From Octopus sinensis (taxonomy: Eukaryota), in the NCBI RefSeq assembly GCF_006345805.1, contig NC_043017.1, positions 15,500,001 to 15,564,000 of the forward strand: 64,000 nucleotides of DNA, written 5' to 3'. Positions 38,356-51,200 of the stretch are shown in pieces. Every line of letters starts with the position of its first letter. The stretch's first letter is position 1. Under the pieces are notes generated by a model, which was not told where the DNA came from, did not search any database, and saw only the letters and a program-made list of their open reading frames with translations. A program made the translations under genes and the position numbers.

Positions 38356-38941
38356 CTGCAGGGAGAGAAAGGAGTCAGGAGAGGGTGTAAATTAATTACA
38401 ATATTAATTAGTAACAAGATTTCACTAATTATAATTGAAAATATTGAAATATACAAGAAGACATCATGAAGTACAAATAGGTGCATTTAAACAGAAATCT
38501 CCCTTTTTACATCAAGGAGCTTATAAACAATGATGAGTGTCATTAGTCTGGGGTTGATTAAACTGACTTGAAACGTATCCTTAAAATTCCTACCAACATC
38601 TGACACACTGGTACCTACCCTTACCACTTTCCAGCACCCCAAAGGGCACAGCATACTTGAACCTTACACCTAAACAATCCAGCCACCTTAATTCAATCAA
38701 AGAACATGCATTCACTCATCCAGCTAAACCCAGCATCCTCTATCATCATACTTCGGTCAAGAACGGTCATGGCTGGAATACCACTGATCCACTTGATCTC
38801 AGGACAGTTTTGAGCCAGAGTAAGAAGCAACTGGGTTTCAATGGTGGTGATCAAATCATGACACAACCTCAACCACAGCCACACTACAAGACACAGCCAG
38901 CAGAATATAAACACACACACGTGTGCATGTGATGAAGTTAC

Positions 38942-39020
38942 CTTATTATCCAGATCAAAAAGATAAGAGTCATCTTCTCTACGATCAGCTTCTGAATCTG
39001 AGATCAACTCTCCAATGTAC
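38942..39020 (-). CDS. EHMT1: EHMT1/G9a SET-domain exon
   Basis: cag|(E)[26 protein letters not shown]|gtaact; 79 nt. Confidence 0.97.
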
Positions 39021-39188
39021 CTGCAACAGAAAGAGTGGACTGTAATGGGCAGTGGATTGTGGACAGTAGAAGGTGAGGGGAATGCGGCAGACTTGGGAGA
39101 CAGGCCTGACCAATGGTGTTAGGGTAACATGATGAAAGACAGAGAGAAAGGAGAGGCTGCAAGCCATGAGAATCCAGAATCAACTCAC

Positions 39189-39275
39189 TCGCAAATGAAG
39201 ACACCCTGAGGGATGTCACGTAAGGTCTTCACACCCCAACCTCGTCCTTTGGTTTTAAATAGTTGCAGACGACAT
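39189..39275 (-). CDS. EHMT1: EHMT1/G9a SET-domain exon
   Basis: cag|(V)[28 protein letters not shown](E)|gtgagt; 87 nt. Confidence 0.97.
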
Positions 39276-39429
39276 CTGAAAAAATAACACAACATATATT
39301 ACTGGTACTGAGAGAGAGAAAGAGACTGTGAGGCAGGTGAGAATAGACAGGTGGGTGGGGGCTGAAGTAAGTCATTATAAAAGGAGTTCTGGTTTACAAA
39401 ATGTGATTATCAAAGGGGTTGTGACTTAC

Positions 39430-39545
39430 ACAATGCCATTTTGCACGACCCTGTTGTTACATGTGGTCCAACAGCGACAATTTCTATTGCACTCAAAAAT
39501 ATAGGGAGGCTCCAGTTGGTTAAATTCTTGGACAAGACGACCCAT
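39430..39545 (-). CDS. EHMT1: EHMT1/G9a pre-SET exon
   Basis: cag|[38 protein letters not shown](V)|gtaagt; 116 nt. Confidence 0.97.
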
Positions 39546-39827
39546 CTGAAACAGAAAATAGCGGGAGACATGAAGGGTCAGTAGATTTGCGGGATGGGTA
39601 GGAGTTGGTCCCTAGACATAGAAGAGGAGGAGGGAAAAAAATATGCCAACCACCCAGTAGAGAGGTATGTTGCTAAAATAAGTGTGCAAGGTACAGAGCT
39701 GAACCCCTATTAGGTGGGGAGATGTACCCCTTATCTGAATATAGTAGGGTAGTGAACAATAAGTGGTGCTTTGGGTGAGGGGGGGTTAATAAATATGAGA
39801 AATGGGGAGACGTTCAGTGTGAAACTG

Positions 39828-40316
39828 ACATAACATGCAATACTATATATATATATATATCACGGGAAAACATTGTAGAGGGAGGTGGGTAAGTGGGCAA
39901 AAATGTACAAAATTAAGGAAGTCGTGAAGTAATCACCTCACTTGTGATGTTTACATTCTCTATAACATGAAAGAAATGGTACCCTTAAGACACCCCTCTG
40001 CATAGAACTAAGCCCAGATGTAGCAGCATCTATCTTATATAAGAGCCAGAAGGGGTGGAATAGTCACATTACAACATAACATGCAATACTATATATATAT
40101 ATATATCACGGGAAAACATTGTAGAGGGAGGTGGGTAAGTGGGCAAAAATGTACAAAATTAAGGAAGTCGTGAAGTAATCACCTCACTTGTGATGTTTAC
40201 ATTCTCTATAACATGAAAGAAATGGTACCCTTAAGACACCCCTCTGCATAGAACTAAGCCCAGATGTAGCAGCATCTATCTTATATAAGAGCCAGAAGGG
40301 GTGGAATAGTCACATT
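39828..40316. repeat. Near-identical tandem duplication, 246-bp period (intronic)
   Basis: acataacatgcaatac...gaatagtcacatt at 39828-40070 and 40074-40316. Confidence 0.95.
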
Positions 40317-40419
40317 TCAACTGCTTGGTGGCATCACTTGATCGTTAACATCAGACAGGTAAAAAGTAATAATGAATATCTCAGCTCAGTGTTAACAAGA
40401 CATAATAAAGTTGTCTGGT

Positions 40420-40800
40420 AGAGGCCTGGTTGTGTGGTTAAGGAAGCTTGCTTTGCAGCTGTATGGCTGTGGGAGTTCGATCCCACTGCACAAGCACCTT
40501 GGGCAAGTATGTTCCTACGATGCCCCAGCTCAACCAAAGCTTTTTCAGTGAATTTGGTAGATGAAAATTGTGTAGAAGCCTATCGTGTGTGTGTGTATAT
40601 ATGTGTGTGTGTGTGCATTTGTTCCCTACCACAACTTGACAACCAGTGTTGGTTTGTTTACATCCCTATAATTTAGCAGTTCAGCTTCAGAAGACTGATA
40701 CAATAAGTATGAGAATGGAGTGAATCAGACTAAAAGGCCTTCAAGCCAGTGCCCCAGCATGGCCACATTCCAGGGATTGAAACAAATAAAAGACAAAAAG
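40420..40800 (+). mobile_element. SINE family 2 (intronic, antisense to EHMT)
   Basis: Same layout as 22378-22808. Confidence 0.75.
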
Positions 40801-40887
40801 ATGAATGACAAGTAAACCGGACTAACTAGGTTGGCGCCATTAAGAGAAGGCAGCAAGAGGTAATCGATATGCAAGGTATGTTCTCAC

Positions 40888-40965
40888 CTGATCGTACCAG
40901 CATTGGACGCTGTTCCTGCTACACACACATAACATAGAAGCACAACTGTCCTGACAGTTGCAACT
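40888..40965 (-). CDS. EHMT1: EHMT1/G9a pre-SET exon
   Basis: tttcag|SCNCQDSCASMLCVCSRNSVQCWYDQ|gtgaga; 78 nt, phase 0/0, contains zinc-cluster Cys. Confidence 0.95.
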
Positions 40966-41202
40966 CTGAAAGAAAAAGAAAAACAGAAATCTTCAGAAAC
41001 GAACAAACAACAACAACAACATTCGGCAGAGTTGAATAAATAATTATTGTCATGGAAACTATTTTAAAACATCACAGGTGTGTGTCCACTTGTAGATATA
41101 CCTACAGGTGTAAGAAACAACCACACATTATTATTGTATTGGTTTGTGGTATAATTCAACAAAGAAAGCACTCTATCTGGTGAGAGCCAAATATTTCTGT
41201 TC

Positions 41203-41366
41203 AAGGATCACAATACATGTCTTTGGGTGCCACAAATAGTTTCACACTCTTCCTGCTGAACTAAGAACCTCTCAGCACAAAGAGTGGTCTGCGCCTGAAG
41301 AACAGGTTCAGATCTTCAGACACATGAAACTATTAGTAACACCCAAAGACATGTATTGTGATCCTT
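41203..41366. repeat. Intronic inverted repeat (27-bp perfect outer stem), probable decayed Penelope pLTR pair
   Basis: aaggatcacaatacatgtctttgggtg / cacccaaagacatgtattgtgatcctt; inner aatagtttca / tgaaactatt. Confidence 0.7.
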
Positions 41367-42248
41367 AAACATACATACATATATATATATATAGTGTGTG
41401 TGTATATTATATATATATAATATATATATAAATATATATATGTAATATACACACACATACATTAAAATATAAATATGTGAGTGGTTCATTACACAGTGTG
41501 TGTATGTACATGCATATTTAATTGTCGGTATACACGTGTGTGTGTGTGTATAAACATTTGTGTGAATGGATATGTGAAACTATATAAATTGTAAACAAGT
41601 TACATCCGAAGTCGGATGGAGCAGAACAATTGATTTGACAAGGGAGACAACCGTGACATTTTTAATTAAATATGGCACAAAGGGAAGGGAAGGGAGTGGA
41701 ATCGATTGATCGATGTGTGTGTACATATCAGTGGGCCATTTTCATCCTCATCAATGTGCTGGTGGCACGAGTTGCACTGCCCTGCATCATCTCGATGGCT
41801 CAATGCCCTTCCTAACACCAAACGCTTTACATTTGTCTACTGGAGGAAGTATTTTCTTCTCTTCTCTTTTTGTTTGTATGTGTGGGGCAACAGAATCAGT
41901 TTGTACATCCGTGTGTGTCTATATATAATAATGAGGACGCATGGCATAATGGCTAGGGTATGGCACTCAACTGAGCAAGATGGCAGTTTCAATTCCTAGA
42001 CCAGGTGGTGCAATGTATTCTTCAGCTAAATACTTCATCTCACATTGCTATGCAATCACTTCAATACCTGAGACATGGTAATACAACAAAGCACCTGTTC
42101 AGGTGACATCAATTTAAGGCAGGCGATAAGCTTAATATGTATTGTATAAATATTTGATCACTACAAACAATTCATTTGCACAGGTTATTCACCACGATAT
42201 TGCAGAACCATCTTTCTCAGACTACGAGAGACTACCCCTGGTTACCGT

Positions 42249-45200
42249 GCTGGTGGCACATAAAAAGCACCACCCAAGTGTAGTCATTGCCAGTGCCACC
42301 AGACTGGCTCCCATGCCAGTGACATGTAAAAAGCACCATTCAAGCATGGGTCACTGCCAGTATCGCCTGACTGGCTCCCGTGCCAGTGACATGTCAAAAG
42401 CACCATTCAAGCATGGGTCACTGACAGTATCGCCTGACTGGCTCCCGTGCCAGTGACATGTAAAAAGCACCATTCAAGCATGGGTCACTGCCAGTATCGC
42501 CTGACTGGCTCCCGTGCCAGTGACATGTAAAAAGCACCATTCAAGCATGGGTCACTGCCAGTATCGCCTGACTGGCTCCCGTGCCAGTGACATGTAAAAA
42601 GCACCATTCAAGCATGGGTCACTGACAGTATCGCCTGACTGGCTCCCGTGCCAGTGACATGTAAAAAGCACCATTCAAGCATGGGTCACTGACAGTATCG
42701 CCTGACTGGCTCCCGTGCCAGTGGCAAGTAAAAAGCACCATTCAAGCATGGGTCACTGCCAGTATCGCCTGACTAGCTCCCGTGCCAGTGACATGTAAAA
42801 AGCACCATTCAAGCATGGGTCACTGCCAGTATCGCCTGACTGGCTCCCGTGCCAGTGACATGTAAAAAGCACCATTCAAGCATGGGTCACTGCCAGTATC
42901 GCCTGACTGGCTCCCGTGCCAGTGACATGTAAAAAGCATCATTCAAGCATGGGTCACTGCCAGTATCGCCTGACTGGCTCCCGTGCCAGTGGCAAGTAAA
43001 AAGCACCATTCAAGCATGGGTCACTGCCAGTATCGCCTGACTGGCTCCCGTGCCAGTGACATGTAAAAAGCACCATTCAAGCATGGGTCACTGCCAGTAT
43101 CGCCTGACTGGCTCCCGTGCCAGTGGCAAGTAAAAAGCATCATTCAAGCATGGGTCACTGCCAGTATCGCCTGACGGCTCCCGTGCCAGTGACATGTAAA
43201 AAGCACCATTCAAGCATGGGTCACTGCCAGTATCGCCTGACTGGCTCCCGTGCCAGTGACATGTAAAAAGCACCATTCAAGCATGGTTACTGCCAGTATC
43301 GCCTGACTGGCTCCCGTGCCAGTGACATGTAAAAAGCATCATTCAAGCATGGGTCACTGCCAGTATCGCCTGACTGGCTCCCGTGCCAGTGGCAAGTAAA
43401 AAGCATCATTCAAGCATGGGTCACTGCCAGTATCGCCTGACTGGCTCCCGTGCCAGTGACATGTAAAAAGCACCATTCAAGCATGGGTCACTGCCAGTAT
43501 CGCCTGACTGGCTCCCGTGCCAGTGACATGTAAAAAGCACCATTCAAGCATGGGTCACTGCCAGTATCGCCTGACTGGCTCCCGTGCCAGTGACATGTAA
43601 AAAGCACCATTCAAGCATGGGTCACTGCCAGTATCGCCTGACTGGCTCCGTGCCAGTGACATGTAAAAAGCACCATTCAAGCATGGGTCACTGCCAGTAT
43701 CGCCTGACTGGCTCCCGTGCCAGTGGCAAGTAAAAAGCATCATTCAAGCATGGGTCACTGCCAGTATCGCCTGACTGGCTCCCGTGCCAGTGGCAAGTAA
43801 AAAGCATCATTCAAGCATGGGTCACTGCCAGTATCGCCTGACTGGCTCCCGTGCCAGTGACATGTAAAAAGCACCATTCAAGCATGGGTCACTGCCAGTA
43901 TCGCCTGACTGGCTCCCGTGCCAGTGACATGTAAAAAGCACCATTCAAGCATGGTCACTGCCAGTATCGCCTGACTGGCTCCCGTGCCAGTGACATGTAA
44001 AAAGCACCATTCAAGCATGGGTCACTGCCAGTATCGCCTGACTGGCTCCCGTGCCAGTGACATGTAAAAAGCATCATTCAAGCATGGGTCACTGCCAGTA
44101 TCGCCTGACTGGCTCCCGTGCCAGTGGCAAGTAAAAAGCATCATTCAAGCATGGGTCACTGCCAGTATCGCCTGACTGGCTCCCGTGCCAGTGGCAAGTA
44201 AAAAGCATCATTCAAGCATGGGTCACTGCCAGTATCGCCTGACTGGCTCCCGTGCCAGTGACATGTCAAAAGCACCATTCAAGCATGGGTCACTGCCAGT
44301 ATCGCCTGACTGGCTCCCGTGCCAGTGACATGTAAAAAGCACCATTCAAGCATGGGTCACTGCCAGTATCGCCTGACTGGCTCCCGTGCCAGTGACATGT
44401 AAAAAGCACCATTCAGGCATGGGTCACTGCCAGTATCGCCTGACTGGCTCCCGTGCCAGTGACATGTAAAAAGCACCATTCAAGCATGGGTCACTGCCAG
44501 TATCGCCTGACTGGCTCCCGTGCCAGTGACATGTAAAAAGCACCATTCAAGCATGGGTCACTGCCAGTATCGCCTGACTGGCTCCCGTGCCAGTGACATG
44601 TAAAAAGCACCATTCAAGCATGGGTCACTGCCAGTATCGCCTGACTGGCTCCCGTGCCAGTGACATGTAAAAAGCACCATTCAAGCATGGGTCACTGCCA
44701 GTATCGCCTGACTGGGTCCCGTGCCAGTGACATGTAAAAAGCACCATTCAAGCATGGGTCACTGCCAGTATCGCCTGACTGGCTCCCGTGCCAGTGACAT
44801 GTAAAAAGCACCATTCAAGCATGGGTCACTGCCAGTATCGCCTGACTGGCTCCCGTGCCAGTGGCAAGTAAAAAGCATCATTCAAGCATGGGTCACTGCC
44901 AGTATCGCCTGACTGGCTCCCGTGCCAGTGACATGTAAAAAGCATCATTCAAGCATGGGTCACTGCCAGTATCGCCTGACTGGCTCCCGTGCCAGTGACA
45001 TGTAAAAAGCACCATTCAAGCATGGGTCACTGCCAGTATCGCCTGACTGGCTCCCATGCCAGTGGCAAGTAAAAAGCACCATTCAAGCATGGGTCACTGC
45101 CAGTATCGCCTGACTGGCTCCCGTGCCAGTGACATGTAAAAAGCACCATTCAAGCATGGGTCACTGCCAGTATCGCCTGACTGGCTCCCGTGCCAGTGAC

Positions 45201-48200
45201 ATGTAAAAAGCATCATACAAGCATGGGTCACTGCCAGTATCGCCTGACTGGCTCCCGTGCCAGTGACATGTAAAAAGCACCATTCAAGCATGGGTCACTG
45301 CCAGTATCGCCTGACTGGCTCCGTGCCAGTGGCAAGTAAAAAGCATCATTCAAGCATGGGTCACTGCCAGTATCGCCTGACTGGCTCCCGTGCCAGTGAC
45401 ATGTAAAAAGCATCATTCAAGCATGGGTCACTGCCAGTATCGCCTGACTGGCTCCCGTGCCAGTGACATGTAAAAAGCATCATTCAAGCATGGGTCACTG
45501 CCAGTATCGCCTGACTGGCTCCCGTGCCAGTGACATGTAAAAAGCACCATTCAAGCATGGGTCACTGCCAGTATCGCCTGACTGGCTCCCGTGCCAGTGG
45601 CAAGTAAAAAGCATCATTCAAGCATGGTCACTGCCAGTATCGCCTGACTGGCTCCCGTGCCAGTGACATGTAAAAAGCATCATTCAAGCATGGGTCACTG
45701 CCAGTATCGCCTGACTGGCTCCCGTGCCAGTGACATGTAAAAAGCATCATTCAAGCATGGGTCACTGCCAGTATCGCCTGACTGGCTCCCGTGCCAGTGA
45801 CATGTAAAAAGCACCATTCAAGCATGGGTCACTGCCAGTATCGCCTGACTGGCTCCCGTGCCAGTGGCAAGTAAAAAGCATCATTCAAGCATGGGTCACT
45901 GCCAGTATCGCCTGACTGGCTCCCGTGCCAGTGACATGTAAAAAGCATCATTCAAGCATGGGTCACTGCCAGTATCGCCTGACTGGCTCCCGTGCCAGTG
46001 ACATGTAAAAAGCACCATTCAAGCATGGGTCACTGCCAGTATCGCCTGACTGCTCCCGTGCCAGTGACATGTAAAAAGCATCATTCAAGCATGGATCACT
46101 GCCAGTATCGCCTGACTGGCTCCCGTGCCAGTGACATGTAAAAAGCACCATTCAAGCATGGGTCACAGCCAGTATCGCCTGACTGGCTCCCGTGCCAGTG
46201 ACATGTAAAAAGCATCATTCAAGCATGGGTCACTGCCAGTATCGCCTGACTGGCTCCCGTGCCAGTGACATGTAAAAAGCACCATTCAAGCATGGGTCAC
46301 TGCCAGTATCGCCTGACTGGCTCCCGTGCCAGTGACATGTAAAAAGCACCATTCAAGCATGGGTCACTGCCAGTATCGCCTGACTGGCTCCCGTGCCAGT
46401 GACATGTAAAAAGCATCATTCAAGCATGGGTCACTGCCAGTATCGCCTGACTGGCTCCCGTGCCAGTGACATGTAAAAAGCACCATTCAAGCATGGGTCA
46501 CTGCCAGTATCGCCTGACTGGCTCCCGTGCCAGTGGCAAGTAAAAAGCATCATTCAAGCATGGGTCACTGCCAGTATCGCCTGACTGGCTCCCGTGCCAG
46601 TGACATGTAAAAAGCATCATTCAAGCATGGGTCACTGCCAGTATCGCCTGACTGGCTCCCGTGCCAGTGACATGTAAAAAGCACCATTCAAGCATGGGTC
46701 ACTGCCAGTATCGCCTGACTGGCTCCCGTGCCAGTGGCAAGTAAAAAGCATCATTCAAGCATGGGTCACTGCCAGTATCGCCTGACTGGCTCCCGTGCCA
46801 GTGACATGTAAAAAGCATCATTCAAGCATGGGTCACTGCCAGTATCGCCTGACTAGCTCCCGTGCCAGTGGCAAGTAAAAAGCATCATTCAAGCATGGGT
46901 CACTGCCAGTATCGCCTGACTGGCTCCCGTGCCAGTGACATGTATAAAAGCACCATTCAAGCATGGGTCACTGCCAGTATCGCCTGACTGGCTCCCATGC
47001 CAGTGACATGTAAAAAGCACCATTCAAGCATGGGTCACTGCCAGTATCGCCTGACTGGCTCCCGTGCCAGTGACATGTAAAAAGCACCATTCAAGCATGG
47101 GTCACTGCCAGTATCGCCTGACTGGCTCCCGTGCCAGTGACATGTAAAAAGCACCATTCAAGCATGGGTCACTGCCAGTATCGCCGGACTGGCTCCCGTG
47201 CCAGTGACAGTAAAAAAAAAAGCATCATTCAAGCATGGGTCACTGCCAGTATCGCCTGACTGGCTCCCGTGCCAGTGACATGTAAAAAGCATCATTCAAG
47301 CATGGGTCACTGCCAGTATCGCCTGACTGGCTCCCGTGCCAGTGACATGTAAAAAGCACATTCAAGCATGGGTCACTGCCAGTATCGCCTGACTAGCTCC
47401 CGTGCCAGTGGCAAGTAAAAAGCATCATTCAAGCATGGGTCACTGCCAGTATCGCCTGACTGGCTCCCGTGCCAGTGACATGTAAAAAGCACCATTCAAG
47501 CATGGTCACTGCCAGTATCGCCTGCTGACTGGCTCCCATGCCAGTGACATGTAAAAAGCACCATTCAAGCATGGGTCACTGCCAGTATCGCCTGACTAGC
47601 TCCCGTGCCAGTGACATGTAAAAAGCATCATTCAAGCATGGGTCACTGCCAGTATCGCCTGACTAGCTCCCGTGCCAGTGGCAAGTAAAAAGCATCATTC
47701 AAGCATGGGTCACTGCCAGTATCGCCTGACTGGCTCCCGTGCCAGTGACATGTATAAAAGCACCATTCAAGCATGGGTCACTGCCAGTATCGCCTGACTG
47801 GCTCCCATGCCAGTGACATGTAAAAAGCACCATTCAAGCATGGTCACTGCCAGTATCGCCTGACTGGCTCCTGTGACAGTGACATGTATAAAAGCACCAT
47901 TCAAGCATGGGTCACTGCCAGTATCGCCTGACTGGCTCCCGTGCCAGTGACATGTAAAAAGCACCATTCAAGCATGGGTCACTGCCAGTATCGCCTGACT
48001 GGCTCCCGTGCCAGTGACATGTAAAAAGCACCATTCAGGCATGGGTCACTGCCAGTATCGCCTGACTGGCTCCCGTGCCAGTGACATGTAAAAAGCACCA
48101 TTCAAGCATGGGTCACTGCCAGTATCGCCTGACTGGCTCCCGTGCCAGTGACATGTAAAAAGCACCATTCAAGCATGGGTCACTGCCAGTATCGCCTGAC

Positions 48201-51200
48201 TGGCTCCCGTGCCAGTGACATGTAAAAAGCATCATTCAGGCATGGGTCACTGCCAGTATCGCCTGACTGGCTCCCGTGCCAGTGACATGTAAAAAGCACC
48301 ATTCAAGCATGGGTCACTGCCAGTATCGCCTGACTGGCTCCCGTGCCAGTGACATGTAAAAAGCACCATTCAAGCATGGGTCACTGCCAGTATCGCCTGA
48401 CTGGCTCCCGTGCCAGTGACATGTAAAAAGCACCATTCAAGCATGGGTCACTGCCAGTATCGCCTGACTGGCTCCCGTGCCAGTGACATGTAAAAAGCAC
48501 CATTCAAGCATGGGTCACTGCCAGTATCGCCTGACTGGCTCCCGTGCCAGTGACATGTAAAAAGCACCATTCAGGCATGGGTCACTGCCAGTATCGCCTG
48601 ACTGGCTCCCGTGCCAGTGACATGTAAAAAGCACCATTCAAGCATGGGTCACTGCCAGTATCGCCTGACTGGCTCCCGTGCCAGTGACATGTAAAAAGCA
48701 CCATTCAAGCATGGGTCACTGCCAGTATCGCCGGACTGGCTCCCGTGCCAGTGACATGTAAAAAGCATCATTCAAGCATGGGTCACTGCCAGTATCGCCT
48801 GACTGGCTCCCGTGCCAGTGACATGTAAAAAGCATCATTCAAGCATGGGTCACTGCCAGTATCGCCTGACTGGCTCCCGTGCCAGTGACATGTAAAAAGC
48901 ACCATTCAAGCATGGGTCACTGCCAGTATCGCCTGACTGGCTCCCGCCAGTGACATGTAAAAAGCACCATTCAAGCATGGGTCACTGCCAGTATCGCCGA
49001 CTGGCTCCCGTGCCAGTGACATGTAAAAAGCATCATTCAAGCATGGTCACTGCCAGTATCGCCTGACTGGCTCCCGTGCCAGTGACATGTAAAAAGCATC
49101 ATTCAAGCATGGGTCACTGCCAGTATCGCCTGACTGGCTCCCGTGCCAGTGACATGTAAAAAGCATCATTCAAGCATGGGTCACTGCCAGTATCGCCTGA
49201 CTGGCTCCCGTGCCAGTGACATGTAAAAAGCACCATTCAAGCATGGGTCACTGCCAGTATCGCCTGACTAGCTCCCGTGCCAGTGGCAAGTAAAAAGCAT
49301 CATTCAAGCATGGGTCACTGCCAGTATCGCCTGACTGGCTCCCGTGCCAGTGACATGTAAAAAGCACCATTCAAGCATAGGTCACTGCCAGTATCGCCTG
49401 ACTGGCTCCCATGCCAGTGACATGTAAAAAGCACCATTCAAGCATGGGTCACTGCCAGTATCGCCTGACTAGCTCCCGTGCCAGTGACATGTAAAAAGCA
49501 TCATTCAAGCATGGGTCACTGCCAGTATCGCCTGACTAGCTCCCGTGCCAGTGGCAAGTAAAAAGCATCATTCAAGCATGGGTCACTGCCAGTATCGCCT
49601 GACTGGCTCCCGTGCCAGTGACATGTATAAAAGCACCATTCAAGCATGGGTCACTGCCAGTATCGCCTGACTGGCTCCCATGCCAGTGACATGTAAAAAG
49701 CACCATTCAAGCATGGGTCACTGCCAGTATCGCCTGACTGGCTCCTGTGACAGTGACATGTATAAAAGCACCATTCAAGCATGGGTCACTGCCAGTATCG
49801 CCTGACTGGCTCCCGTGCCAGTGACATGTAAAAAGCACCATTCAAGCATGGGTCACTGCCAGTATCGCCTGACTGGCTCCCGTGCCAGTGACATGTAAAA
49901 AGCACCATTCAGGCATGGGTCACTGCCAGTATCGCCTGACTGGCTCCCGTGCCAGTGACATGTAAAAAGCACCATTCAAGCATGGGTCACTGCCAGTATC
50001 GCCTGACTGGCTCCCGTGCCAGTGACATGTAAAAAGCACCATTCAAGCATGGGTCACTGCCAGTATCGCCTGACTGGCTCCCGTGCCAGTGACATGTAAA
50101 AAGCATCATTCAGGCATGGGTCACTGCCAGTATCGCCTGACTGGCTCCCGTGCCAGTGACATGTAAAAAGCACCATTCAAGCATGGGTCACTGCCAGTAT
50201 CGCCTGACTGGCTCCCGTGCCAGTGACATGTAAAAAGCACCATTCAAGCATGGGTCACTGCCAGTATCGCCTGACTGGCTCCCGTGCCAGTGACATGTAA
50301 AAAGCACCATTCAAGCATGGGTCACTGCCAGTATCGCCTGACTGGCTCCCGTGCCAGTGACATGTAAAAAGCACCATTCAAGCATGGGTCACTGCCAGTA
50401 TCGCCTGACTGGCTCCCGTGCCAGTGACATGTAAAAAGCACCATTCAGGCATGGGTCACTGCCAGTATCGCCTGACTGGCTCCCGTGCCAGTGACATGTA
50501 AAAAGCACCATTCAAGCATGGGTCACTGCCAGTATCGCCTGACTGGCTCCCGTGCCAGTGACATGTAAAAAGCACCATTCAAGCATGGGTCACTGCCAGT
50601 ATCGCCGGACTGGCTCCCGTGCCAGTGACATGTAAAAAGCATCATTCAAGCATGGGTCACTGCCAGTATCGCCTGACTGGCTCCCGTGCCAGTGACATGT
50701 AAAAAGCATCATTCAAGCATGGGTCACTGCCAGTATCGCCTGACTGGCTCCCGTGCCAGTGACATGTAAAAAGCACCATTCAAGCATGGGTCACTGCCAG
50801 TATCGCCTGACTAACTCCCGTGCCAGTGGCAAGTAAAAAGCATCATTCAAGCATGGGTCACGCCAGCCAGTATCGCCTGACTGGCTCCCGTGCCAGTGAC
50901 ATGTAAAAAGCACCATTCAAGCATAGGTCACTGCCAGTATCGCCTGACTGGCTCCCATGCCAGTGACATGTAAAAAGCACCATTCAAGCATGGGTCACTG
51001 CCAGTATCGCCTGACTAGCTCCCGTGCCAGTGACATGTAAAAAGCATCATTCAAGCATGGGTCACTGCCAGTATCGCCTGACTAGCTCCCGTGCCAGTGG
51101 CAAGTAAAAAGCATCATTCAAGCATGGGTCACTGCCAGTATCGCCTGACTGGCTCCCGTGCCAGTGTGTATAAAAGCACCATTCAAGCATGGGTCACTGC

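Noticed and set aside
42142-42456. 104-aa plus-strand ORF at the array edge
   Set aside because: It is read-through of the repeat flank into satellite units, with no recognisable domain.
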